64,000 bases of DNA from an uncultured Bacteroidota bacterium (GTDB lineage Bacteria > Bacteroidota > Bacteroidia > Bacteroidales > JAAUTT01): contig CAWJWO010000002.1 in assembly GCA_963846585.1 (NCBI GenBank), positions 199,592 to 263,591 of the forward strand, read 5' to 3'. Positions 1 to 9,088 of the stretch are shown here, piece by piece. How positions within the stretch are numbered: position 1 is the first letter of the stretch; the number at the start of each line of letters is the position of its first letter. Below the pieces are notes generated by a model. That model saw only the letters and a list, made by a program, of their open reading frames with translations. It did no database searches and was not told where the DNA came from. The translations under genes and the position numbers were made by a program.

Positions 1-907
1 CTAGAAAAACATTATAACCCGTAACACCAACATTATCAGTTGAGGCATTCCAGCTTAAAGTAAAACCTGTTTCAGTTATACCATTTGCACCTAAACCTGC
101 AGGAATGCCTGGAGGGTGTGTGTCGGGCGTAGTAACATTCAAGGCCGCGCTCACAGGTGAAACATTATCTGCTGCATCCCTGGCAGAAACTGTAATTGAA
201 TACATAGTTGAGGCGGTTAGCCCTGTAACCTGGATGGAAGTACCTGTTGCCGAAGTAAGAATATTGCCATCTAGAAAAACATTATAACCCGTAACACCAA
301 CATTATCAGTTGAGGCATTCCAGCTTAAAGTAAAACCTGTTTCAGTTATACCATTTGCACCTAAACCTGCAGGAATGCCTGGAGGGTGTGTGTCGGGCGT
401 AGTAACATTCAAGGCCGCGCTCACAGATGAAACATTATCTGCTGCATCCCTGGCAGAAACTGTAATTGAATACATAGTTGAGGCGGTTAGCCCTGTAACC
501 TGGATGGAAGTACCTGTTGCCGAAGTAAGAATATTGCCATCTAGAAAAACATTATAACCCGTAACACCAACATTATCAGTTGAGGCATTCCAGCTTAAAG
601 TAAAACCTGTTTCAGTTATACCATTTGCACCTAAACCTGCAGGAATGCCTGGAGGGTGTGTGTCGGGCGTAGTAACATTCAAGGCCGCGCTCACAGATGA
701 AACATTATCTGCTGCATCCCTGGCAGAAACTGTAATTGAATACATAGTTGAGGCGGTTAGCCCTGTAACCTGGATGGAAGTACCTGTTGCCGAAGTAAGA
801 AAACTGCCATCTAGAAAAACATTATAACCCGTAACACCAACATTATCAGTTGAGGTATTCCAGCTTAAAGTAAAACTTGTTTCAGTAATACTATTTGCAG
901 CTAAACC
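1..907 (-). pseudogene. Open FN3-repeat reading frame continuing past the TGA at 908-910 and off the left edge (more than 3 further FN3 modules). Probably the severed distal part of the esterase gene.
   Basis: My translation of the minus strand in the phase of the TGA gives GLAANSITETSFTLSWNTSTDNVGVTGYNVFLDGSFLTSATG... with no stop to position 1. It is absent from the ORF track, presumably because it has no stop within the window. Confidence 0.7.
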
Positions 908-1200
908 TCAGGAATGCCTGGAGGGTGATTGTCGGGCGTAGTGACATTTAAGGGCCGTGCTCACATTTGAAACATTATCTGCCGTATCCATGGCAGAAAC
1001 TGTCATTGAATTCATAGTTGAGACGTATAGTCCTGTAACCTGGAGGAAAGTATCTGTTACCGAAGTAAGAAGATTGCCATCGAGAAAAACCTTATAACCT
1101 GTAACACCAACATTATCAGTTGAGGCATTCCAGCTTAAAGTAAAACCTGTTTCCGTTATATTATTTGCAGCTAAACCTGTAGGAATGCTTGGAGGGTGAT
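1..1200. repeat. 270-bp tandem repeat array, about 4.4 units. Units 1-270, 271-540 and 541-810 are near-identical; 811-1080 and 1081-~1200 are diverged.
   Basis: Direct comparison: units 1-3 differ at only a few positions (g167 vs a437/a707; 'atattgcc' vs 'aaactgcc' near 800). 270 bp = 90 codons. The minus-strand translation gives FN3-like modules (GFTLSWNASTDNVGVTGYNVFLDGN...YSITVSARDAADNVS). Confidence 0.95.
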
Positions 1201-1981
1201 TGCCGGCAGAATCGTATTGCCCGATAAACCATGTCGACAAACTGTCGAAAACAACTGCTTTTGCTGCATTTTGTATATTAGCTGCATCTAAAGTGCTTAA
1301 ATCATAATCATATGTTGTTTGAGTAGGGTCCTTTCTAAAAATGGCTGAATAAAAGGTGCAGGCTATAGCATAAGATCCTGCTTCAGAGGGATGGCTTTGA
1401 TCAGCCTGATATAATTCTATTGTTGGATAATTTTGTCTGATATATCGCCAAACAGCGCCAGCGGGTGATACTTCCGTATGGTATGTTTCAGCCATATACA
1501 TATATGACAATCGTGTCAAGGCATCCATTCCTATATATGTACAAACATCAGGGTAATCCTGACATCTGCTTGAATCGCCATACTCTCTTCCCCAGGTCAT
1601 GTACAGTATAGTTATTGCACCAGGATTATAAGTCTTTATATAATTGTTTAATATATTTACATAAGGATAAACATTGACTTCCTGAAAGGCGACAGGATAA
1701 GAAGGATTCTGACTATATTCCTGTAAAACAACATAATCCCAACCTCCCTGCCGGATTAGTCCTAGTGTTGTACTGTCGGTGGAATGGCCTTCAAGGGAAT
1801 AGCCGCTTATAGCGCTCATGCCAAATATTAATGTATTGCCTGTAGAACTTGCTATATTGGCAACTAATTGTGGCATATTATTAGTATAGGTATAACTGTT
1901 ACCTATGAACAATACTTTTTTTGTCTGGCTTTGTATCGCAAGCTCGAAAAAAATAAAAATTAATATCAGAATTTTCTTCAT
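908..1981 (-). CDS. Secreted SGNH/GDSL-type esterase with a C-terminal fibronectin type III module. The ORF stops inside the FN3 repeat array.
   Basis: ORF track. Signal peptide MKKILILIFIFF. SGNH block I FIGNSYT and block V DQSHPSEAG. FN3 module PPSIPTGLAANNITETGFTLSWNASTDNVGVTGYKVFLDG. Terminates at TGA 908-910. Confidence 0.75.
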   Translation of the reverse strand: MKKILILIFIFFELAIQSQTKKVLFIGNSYTYTNNMPQLVANIASSTGNTLIFGMSAISGYSLEGHSTDSTTLGLIRQGGWDYVVLQEYSQNPSYPVAFQEVNVYPYVNILNNYIKTYNPGAITILYMTWGREYGDSSRCQDYPDVCTYIGMDALTRLSYMYMAETYHTEVSPAGAVWRYIRQNYPTIELYQADQSHPSEAGSYAIACTFYSAIFRKDPTQTTYDYDLSTLDAANIQNAAKAVVFDSLSTWFIGQYDSAGNHPPSIPTGLAANNITETGFTLSWNASTDNVGVTGYKVFLDGNLLTSVTDTFLQVTGLYVSTMNSMTVSAMDTADNVSNVSTALKCHYARQSPSRHS

Positions 1982-2294
1982 CCTTTATTCTTTCTATAAT
2001 TTTCTTATGACACTAAATTATATTTAAGCAATTTTTGCGTTAAATTAGTTTTATCTAATAACAATAGTTAGAATTCTGTTACAATATTAATTGACTTAAC
2101 TATAATAATTGTAAAAATATGACAAAACGATCCATTTATTTGATAGAAATAGATAATTCATTTATTTAGTAATTTTCCTGGTGACACCTCTATTTAGACA
2201 AAATAAGTTTTTTGTGTCGAATAAGGTAACTTGTTAAAATTAATACTTTCCAAACAGTAAAATTGCTGATATACTTAAAACGCTATTATTCATA

Positions 2295-3304
2295 CTATTG
2301 TTTGATTAATATTTTATAAATAAGATCAAAATATGAATTGGTTTCATGTTTTTTGGCAGTTTGAGTTGCACTCCAGGAAGGCGATACCATATTCATAGGG
2401 CCTGTTTTGTTTAAACCATCTGAATTGTCGCCATTCCAGGCCCATGCTAAAATATCCCAGCCTTTGCTTTTTGCATAATTCACAACTTCCAGCCAATTGC
2501 ATTGACCGTTGTTTTTATCATAATTACCGAATTCTCCAATTATGCAAGGCAGGTTTGTCTTGTTAAGGTCGTCTAAATCTTCCTTTTGCAACCACCTTTT
2601 TTAGCCATATTATATCCGTTCGGATAAATATGTGCTGAGAGGACTATTTTTTTATCACTTATTTTTAATCCATTTGTTTCAATTCCCAATACTGCCCTGG
2701 AAGCCTGGTCTATTCCCTGTCCGAAACCGGGGATATCAATAACAATATATCCTGAATATTTTTGGCGTAAAATAGTTATAGCCTCAGAATAGATTTTAGC
2801 ATATAACTCTGCAGTAATGTTATGTGAACCCCATTCATTTATAATATTTATAGTAAATGGAACTTCTGTACCACTATTCATCCGAATTAATTCCTTATTT
2901 AAAACATCATAATTTTTTAACCACCAGTTTGCAGCTTCTCTTACAAAATCAGGGTTGTCTGAACCATTTGCCTTATAATTGTGATATGTTGCAATAATTT
3001 TCAACCCCAGTTTATGTGATTTATATATCCATTTTGCTGCCTGAATAGCATCAACAGGAGTATTTACAGGATCTATTTCTATACGTATTGATTTTATTCC
3101 CGGGAATTTTCCAATAAAATCCCACGAACATTCAGGATTTCCTGAATTATAATACGAAGGCTGAATATTAATGCCATTTCCAAATAACGAATTTGATTTC
3201 TGTTCAATTGTAATATTATTCTGAGCATTAGAAACATAACAGATGTTCATAATTGATATAATACAAAAGATCTTTAATAAAAAAGAGAAACTTATTCTTT
3301 TCAT
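2295..3304 (-). pseudogene. Glycoside hydrolase family 5 (clan GH-A cellulase/mannanase type), split by a frameshift.
   Basis: The 243-aa ORF has a signal peptide and NEWG (acid/base Glu region). The 98-aa ORF has IIGEFG (nucleophile Glu region). The two frames abut at the T6 run 2597-2602 (A6 on the coding strand). Confidence 0.8.
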
Positions 3305-3371
3305 AATTTGAAATTTATTGGTACAACTTTGTGTAAAAATATTACAATTAATTCAAGTTGTTATTACAATT

Positions 3372-4770
3372 CACTATTGTCCGATTAAAAATTAGATAAA
3401 GGCGAGCATAACTCAACCCTTCTCTTTTTTTAGTAGATTTGGTTTTCGCGAACTAAATCATACTATGGACAAAACTACTCATTTTTTTGGGCAATCCGTA
3501 TTCGGACAGCTGATTTCTTTAATACAACCATAAGTGATAATGGCATCAGTAAAGGAAACACAATCAGATTATTACGTTAAGAAGTTCATGACAAAAGATC
3601 ATCTGATCAGTATGCTTTTTTGTGTATTTGCAAAATGCAGTTCCCTTAGGGAAGTATCAGGAGCGATGCTTGGATTGTCTGGTAAAACAAAACATTTCGG
3701 GCTTAAGCATATTCCGTATAGAAGTACTTTAGCAGATGCAAATAAAAGACGCGATGCCAGTGTGTTCGGATTAATTTATAACAGGCTATTACGACAATAT
3801 GGTCATCTTTTATCGGACAGCCAAATTAAAGATGTGATAAACAAACAAATAGAAATTTTTGACAGTACCACTATTAGTTTATTTCAAGATATAATGAAAT
3901 GCGTTGGTCGAAAACCGAAATCCGGTAAACGTAAAGGTGGTGCAAAAGTACATACTGTTATCAATGTTGATGAAACTGTTCCTAAAATGATATGGTTTAC
4001 ACATTCAGCAACAAACGACCATGTTTTATTGAATAAATTAAAGCTGGATTCCAATACCATTTATGTATTTGACAAGGGATACAATGATTACAAGGCATTT
4101 AAAAAATTTAAAGAATCAGGTACAGGTTTTGTAACAAGGATAAAAGACAATGCTGCATATACTGATGTTCAAAAACTTGAAATTGACGAACATATACACA
4201 GTGGAGTAAAGGATGATAGTATCATAGAAGTGACCGTAAAGGATGCAAAGGATATCTCAAAATTGGAATTACGGAAAATAACATTTTATGACAGGGTTTT
4301 AAAGAGAGAATTTGAATTTCTGACAAATTTATTTGATATGAGAGCTGATTTGGTTGCAGCTATTTATAAGCTACGTTGGCAAATTGAATTGCTATTCAAG
4401 CAATTAAAACAGAATTTTCCTTTGAAATATTTCCTGGGGGATAATGAAAATACAATAAAAATTCAAATCTACAGTGCATTAATTGCAAACTTGTTAATGA
4501 CAGTAATTCAAAAACAATTAAAGAGAAGCTGGGCATATTCAAATCTTGTAAGTTTTTGTAAAATACATTTGTTCAATTACATTCATTTAATGAAATTCCT
4601 TGAACATCCAGATAGGGATTGGCAAAAGTCACAGGTTAATATTGTACAGTTATCTCTATTTTAGAAGGGGCTTACTTTTTAAAAATAGTAAAACTATAAA
4701 ATAATACTATTGATTATCAATAAGTTTTGCTATTGAAAATTTTATTTTATACTTTTATCGGACAATAATG
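3372..4770 (+). mobile_element. IS4-like insertion sequence (~1.4 kb) with imperfect terminal inverted repeats.
   Basis: Left end 3372 'cactattgtccgat' matches the reverse complement of the right end 4757-4770 'cattattgtccgat' (13/14). It encloses a DDE transposase ORF. No target-site duplication could be recognised. Confidence 0.7.
3534..4664 (+). CDS. DDE transposase (IS4-like, DUF4372-type N-terminus). The N-terminus is cut off by an in-frame TAA.
   Basis: DDE-type motifs IFDSTTISL, YVFDKGYNDY and YKLRWQIELLFKQLKQ. ATG at 3465 is in the same frame and encodes MDKTTHFFGQSVFGQLISLIQP, followed by TAA (3531-3533) and then the called ORF. Confidence 0.8.
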   Translation: MIMASVKETQSDYYVKKFMTKDHLISMLFCVFAKCSSLREVSGAMLGLSGKTKHFGLKHIPYRSTLADANKRRDASVFGLIYNRLLRQYGHLLSDSQIKDVINKQIEIFDSTTISLFQDIMKCVGRKPKSGKRKGGAKVHTVINVDETVPKMIWFTHSATNDHVLLNKLKLDSNTIYVFDKGYNDYKAFKKFKESGTGFVTRIKDNAAYTDVQKLEIDEHIHSGVKDDSIIEVTVKDAKDISKLELRKITFYDRVLKREFEFLTNLFDMRADLVAAIYKLRWQIELLFKQLKQNFPLKYFLGDNENTIKIQIYSALIANLLMTVIQKQLKRSWAYSNLVSFCKIHLFNYIHLMKFLEHPDRDWQKSQVNIVQLSLF

Positions 4771-4777
4771 GTTCAAA

Positions 4778-5662
4778 ATGAAAAAATTAATTAAAAGAAT
4801 AATTCAGTTATTAGCCGGTTTGCTTTTTATTTTTTCCGGTTTCATGAAAGCTTTGGATTCACAATCTTTTTTTGTTTTAATTAACAGCTATGGCTTACAT
4901 TGGGCAGGATATGCCGCTCCTATAATTTGTGGCATTGAAATCATTTTAGGCTTTTGTCTTATTTTAAATATTAAACCAATAACTACTGCCTTAATAACAG
5001 GAATACTTACAATAATATTTACAATTGCTTTTACATATGCTTTCTTTTTTAAAGGTGTTGAAGATTGTGGTTGTATGGGATCATTAAAATTCCTCAAAAT
5101 ACCTCCATATTTATCATTTATCAGGAATTTACTTATAATAACAGGTTGTTGGTGGATTTGGAAATATACAGGTGATAAAGAATCTGCGACAAGTATTTGG
5201 AAAAAGTGGGCCATTGGTATTATAGGCGGTTTATCATTTTGCCTGTCAGGATATTCATTAAGTGCAAATATAATTAGTAAAAACGATGTACACATGGGTG
5301 ACCAGGTAAATATAAATGCCTTGCATCTTTTTGATGACATGATATCAAAGGGTATATGCTGTGTATTTATTTTTAATGCTGATTGCAGTCATTGCTGGAA
5401 TGCTACTGAAAATGTAAAAAGCCTTAAAAATATTCCTGAATATAAAAATGTTATAGGTATTGTACTACATGGTGATACAACTGAATATATGAAAGAAATG
5501 AAACCGAATTTCCCTGTTTACAGATATCCTACAGATGAATTAACTGACATATTCGGTGAAGTTCCGGTTCTGCTTGTCCTGAAAGATGGAAAAGTTGAAA
5601 TGATATTTAATACAGGGAATATACCATGCGGTCAAATGTTAAAAAGAATATCTTTTTATTAA
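4778..5662 (+). CDS. Membrane protein: MauE/DoxX-like N-terminal TM domain fused to a thioredoxin-like CxxC domain.
   Basis: Four or more hydrophobic helices in the N-terminal half. CSHC motif (NADCSHCWNATENV) in a Trx-like C-terminal half. Confidence 0.55.
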   Translation: MKKLIKRIIQLLAGLLFIFSGFMKALDSQSFFVLINSYGLHWAGYAAPIICGIEIILGFCLILNIKPITTALITGILTIIFTIAFTYAFFFKGVEDCGCMGSLKFLKIPPYLSFIRNLLIITGCWWIWKYTGDKESATSIWKKWAIGIIGGLSFCLSGYSLSANIISKNDVHMGDQVNINALHLFDDMISKGICCVFIFNADCSHCWNATENVKSLKNIPEYKNVIGIVLHGDTTEYMKEMKPNFPVYRYPTDELTDIFGEVPVLLVLKDGKVEMIFNTGNIPCGQMLKRISFY

Positions 5663-5730
5663 ATAACCAAACAATTACCGCTCTTTCGTAACTTTAAATA
5701 CTCTGTGGCTAGGTATAATAATTTAAAAGA

Positions 5731-6765
5731 ATGCGGGTTATAAGCTTATTGACTATATTAATAATCCTTGAAGGATGCGAGAAAATTTTTTTTCCTGACC
5801 AACCTGTAAATTCCCCAATTGTTAATTATAATATTTTCTGGGAAGATTTTAACAGGTATTATGGACAGTTTGATATCAGACGAGTTAATTGGGACAGTGT
5901 TAATGCAATTTACCAACCCTTAATTAATTCAAACACCTCTGATACAGCTTTATATAAGGTTTTTAATAATATAATTCAACTTCTTAAAGACGGACATGTC
6001 AATTTGTATTCACCTTTAGGAGCTTTAGGATATAATAATTTATTTTCTTTCAATTATTTAGGTGGTCAATTAATAAACCCGAACAAATACGTCACCTTTT
6101 CACCATTACAAAATTCGGCCTTATCATTTGGGACTATTAACTCGCATAATATAGGCTACATAAATATTTCAACATTTTACAGTGTTGAATTTGGAAATGC
6201 TGACCCACGTTTTAATTTGATTGATAGTATTATATGGCAATTAAAAGATAAAGACGGGATTATTATCGACGTTAGGGGAAATGGAGGCGGAAATAGTGTA
6301 AATGTTATAACTGTGGCCAGTCGGTTTGCCGATAAAAACCGTCCGTATTTTAAAGAAAGATACAAAAATGGACCCGGGAAAAATGATTATTCGGTATGGA
6401 TAGATTTTTATTTCGGCCCTCAGGGTAAAATTCAATTTCTTAAACCGGTAGTTGTACTAACAAGCAGGTACACTTATAGTTCTGCAGAAGTATTTGTTTG
6501 TGCCCTGAGTGTTTTGCCTTCCACTACTTTGGTTGGGGATACAACAGGAGGAGGAATAGGTGACCCTGTCTTCTATGAATTACCCATAGGCTGGTCATTC
6601 AGATTATCCACAGCTGTCGGGGCCATGCAAAACGGACAAATTATTGACGGAAAAGGAATAGCTCCTAATTTTAAGGTAGTTACATCCTCAAAAGATACGG
6701 TTTCTTATAATAGTATTGATCCTATGCTGGAAAAGGGTATCGAAGTTATTGAAAATTCAAAATAA
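5731..6765 (+). CDS. S41 family (tail-specific protease-like) peptidase, lipoprotein.
   Basis: Lipobox ILEGC. DVRGNGGGN and SSAEVF motifs typical of peptidase S41. Confidence 0.7.
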   Translation: MRVISLLTILIILEGCEKIFFPDQPVNSPIVNYNIFWEDFNRYYGQFDIRRVNWDSVNAIYQPLINSNTSDTALYKVFNNIIQLLKDGHVNLYSPLGALGYNNLFSFNYLGGQLINPNKYVTFSPLQNSALSFGTINSHNIGYINISTFYSVEFGNADPRFNLIDSIIWQLKDKDGIIIDVRGNGGGNSVNVITVASRFADKNRPYFKERYKNGPGKNDYSVWIDFYFGPQGKIQFLKPVVVLTSRYTYSSAEVFVCALSVLPSTTLVGDTTGGGIGDPVFYELPIGWSFRLSTAVGAMQNGQIIDGKGIAPNFKVVTSSKDTVSYNSIDPMLEKGIEVIENSK

Positions 6766-6805
6766 ATATTGAATAATTAAATAAGACAAAATATTTAAAA
6801 TTTAA

Positions 6806-8110
6806 ATGGGCATGAAAAATTCTTTGGATATTAATAAAATTGATAAGATTCCTAAATCAGTTACTTCCGGTTGGATTTGTTGTACAGGGTTAATCAGCTT
6901 TATTATTGCATTAATTTTAATTTGCAATAGTTCCGTGGACAATAACCTCGGTGCTGTTATAGCCGGATTTGCCTTTATGGTACCTATAATTATTTTAGAA
7001 TGGTACGTGTTAAAAATTTATAAAAGGCCTTCAACAGGATTGAATTTCAATTCATCCCATAGTATTGATTTTGAACGCGTATTAGTTAAACTGATCGGAC
7101 TGTATTCCACACTTACCTTAGTTGCTATTTTTTACTGGTTATTTCCTGTTTATCATACCGGATATTATGATCCTTACTGGATACTCGTTAAATATCTTGC
7201 ATTAATTATAGTGGTAGGCTCTATACCATATTTTTTAATTCTTGACAAGTACCTGGTGGAACCCGAAGAATCGTACTGGAAAGTTGGTATGATAGTAACA
7301 GGGAACCGGCGAAAAATAAATTTTGATGGATTAAAGAATTTTTTTCTGGGCTGGCTGGTAAAAGCATTTTTTTTACCCTTAATGTTTGTAGGATTATCAG
7401 GAAATATAGGTTATTTAAAGGTAAACCAAATACAAATATTTTTTCAACAGCATAACTTAAATATGGTTTTTGATGTTGCTTTTACTTATATTTATACCAT
7501 TGACCTGGTTGTTGTATTCGTTGGGTACATTATGACCCTGAGGATATTCGATTCACACATCCGCACTGTAGAACCAAGTTTCCTGGGGTGGTACGTGGCA
7601 TTGCAATGTTACCAGCCTATATGGGGTTCGCTGAATGTTCATTATTTTGCATACGACTCCGGTTATCAATGGTGGCAATGGCTTTCCGACTACCCGTTCC
7701 TGCTTGTCTTATGGGGTCTTACAATATTATTTTTATTGGTTATTTATTCCTGGTCATCTGTTTTTTTCGGTATACGTTTTTCAAACCTTACGAACCGCGG
7801 AATATTGACTAACGGACCATACCGGATTATGAGGCATCCTGCTTACATAAGTAAAAACATATCATGGTGGCTTGTTTCTATCCCATTTATATCACATTCG
7901 GGTTGTTTCGCGGCCCTTCAGCATTGCATATTGCTGCTTTTGGTAAATTTTGTTTATTACCTCAGGGCTAAAACCGAAGAAAGACATTTATCGCAGGATA
8001 TTACTTACGTGCAATATGCAACTGCAATCAATAAAACAGGTTTATTTAAGATATTTTCCAGGTTTTCTTTTTTAAGGTACAATTTGCCAAATAATATTAA
8101 GGTAAAATGA
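6806..8110 (+). CDS. Polytopic membrane protein with a C-terminal isoprenylcysteine carboxyl methyltransferase (ICMT/PEMT)-like domain.
   Basis: GPYRIMRHPAYISK ... LRAKTEERHL motif pair. Multiple TM helices. Confidence 0.6.
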   Translation: MGMKNSLDINKIDKIPKSVTSGWICCTGLISFIIALILICNSSVDNNLGAVIAGFAFMVPIIILEWYVLKIYKRPSTGLNFNSSHSIDFERVLVKLIGLYSTLTLVAIFYWLFPVYHTGYYDPYWILVKYLALIIVVGSIPYFLILDKYLVEPEESYWKVGMIVTGNRRKINFDGLKNFFLGWLVKAFFLPLMFVGLSGNIGYLKVNQIQIFFQQHNLNMVFDVAFTYIYTIDLVVVFVGYIMTLRIFDSHIRTVEPSFLGWYVALQCYQPIWGSLNVHYFAYDSGYQWWQWLSDYPFLLVLWGLTILFLLVIYSWSSVFFGIRFSNLTNRGILTNGPYRIMRHPAYISKNISWWLVSIPFISHSGCFAALQHCILLLLVNFVYYLRAKTEERHLSQDITYVQYATAINKTGLFKIFSRFSFLRYNLPNNIKVK

Positions 8111-8217
8111 TACGGGTTGATAAAATTTTGAGACAACCTGATAAGAATAAAAATTAATTCGAAGGTAACTTTCGGAAATTATTAAACATTTAACTTTACT
8201 AACTTAATTTAATTGTC

Positions 8218-8976
8218 ATGAAGAAAAAAATTATTTTATTGAGTGCTGTTGTAATTGCTTTCGTGGCTTCGGTTATTGTTATCAGTTGTAGCAAAGAATC
8301 GATGACCGCCGGAAGCAATTTGGCCTCTTGCGGGACCTGCGATTGGTACGGTACGAATTACCCTGTTTGTTGCAGCGGTATTGCACTAAGTGGCGGATGG
8401 GGATGGCAAAATAATGCCAGTTGTATTGGTCAATCAACATGTACCGGTGCAGGTCAAAGTTGTTCAGGTTGCAGTAGTTCAAGTTCAAGCTCAAGCTCAA
8501 GCTCAAGCAGTGGTGGTTCATGCCCAGGTTCATTGTCTTGTCCAAGCGGCATATCATGCGGTTGTTATACCGTTTCCGGCCTTGGTTCCACTAAACAAGG
8601 TATTGGTCAAAGCTATTGGATGTCATGCTGCATGATGGAAACCGAAGCAATGACACAATCATATACCTATGGTGATGGTAAAACAGGTAATTCGTTTAAT
8701 GCAGGCCGTGCTAAACAAAATTATGGTGAAGCTACAGCATCTGGCGTTGGCCAGGGTTCTACCGGTAATTTATGGAATTATTGTGCTTCTGTAGGTAATG
8801 ACAGAAATTGCTGGAATGCTATCTATAATCATTTTGGCAGTAATTATTGGTCATCTCATCGCGGTGGATCAGACTGGCCAACATTTAAATCTGCAAATGA
8901 CTGGACTAACAGTCAACTTAGTAACGGACACTGGACAGACAATACCCGTTTCTGGTGTAATATCCCTTCTATTTAA
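8218..8976 (+). CDS. Secreted lipoprotein: CBM10-like Cys-rich module, poly-Ser linker, and a Cys/Trp-rich ~150-aa domain of unknown function.
   Basis: Lipobox VISC. CDWYGTNYPVCC...GWGWQNNASCIGQSTC resembles the CBM10 consensus. A run of Ser follows, then a C-terminal domain containing MMETEAM and NSFNAG. Confidence 0.55.
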   Translation: MKKKIILLSAVVIAFVASVIVISCSKESMTAGSNLASCGTCDWYGTNYPVCCSGIALSGGWGWQNNASCIGQSTCTGAGQSCSGCSSSSSSSSSSSSSGGSCPGSLSCPSGISCGCYTVSGLGSTKQGIGQSYWMSCCMMETEAMTQSYTYGDGKTGNSFNAGRAKQNYGEATASGVGQGSTGNLWNYCASVGNDRNCWNAIYNHFGSNYWSSHRGGSDWPTFKSANDWTNSQLSNGHWTDNTRFWCNIPSI

Positions 8977-9003
8977 TAAAATTAATCTGAATTGATTTAA
9001 AAA

Positions 9004-9037
9004 CAGTCCCACATTTTTGCGGGACTGTTTTGTTTTT
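9004..9037 (+). terminator. Rho-independent terminator after the CBM10-like gene.
   Basis: Stem cagtcccac / gcgggactg (one mismatch), followed by ttttgttttt. Confidence 0.65.
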
Positions 9038-9088
9038 AAATAAAATTTACCTTTGAATGTGTCGTAGGATATATAAATTAAATTATGG

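Noticed and set aside
105-827. Three identical 60-aa plus-strand ORFs (105-287, 375-557, 645-827).
   Set aside because: They are antisense to the clearly FN3-like minus-strand frame and recur only because the DNA is a 270-bp tandem repeat. They have no independent coding signal.
8282-8635. ORFs overlapping the poly-Ser linker region on both strands.
   Set aside because: They are generated by the (agc/tca)n repeat. The plus-strand 252-aa frame explains the region.
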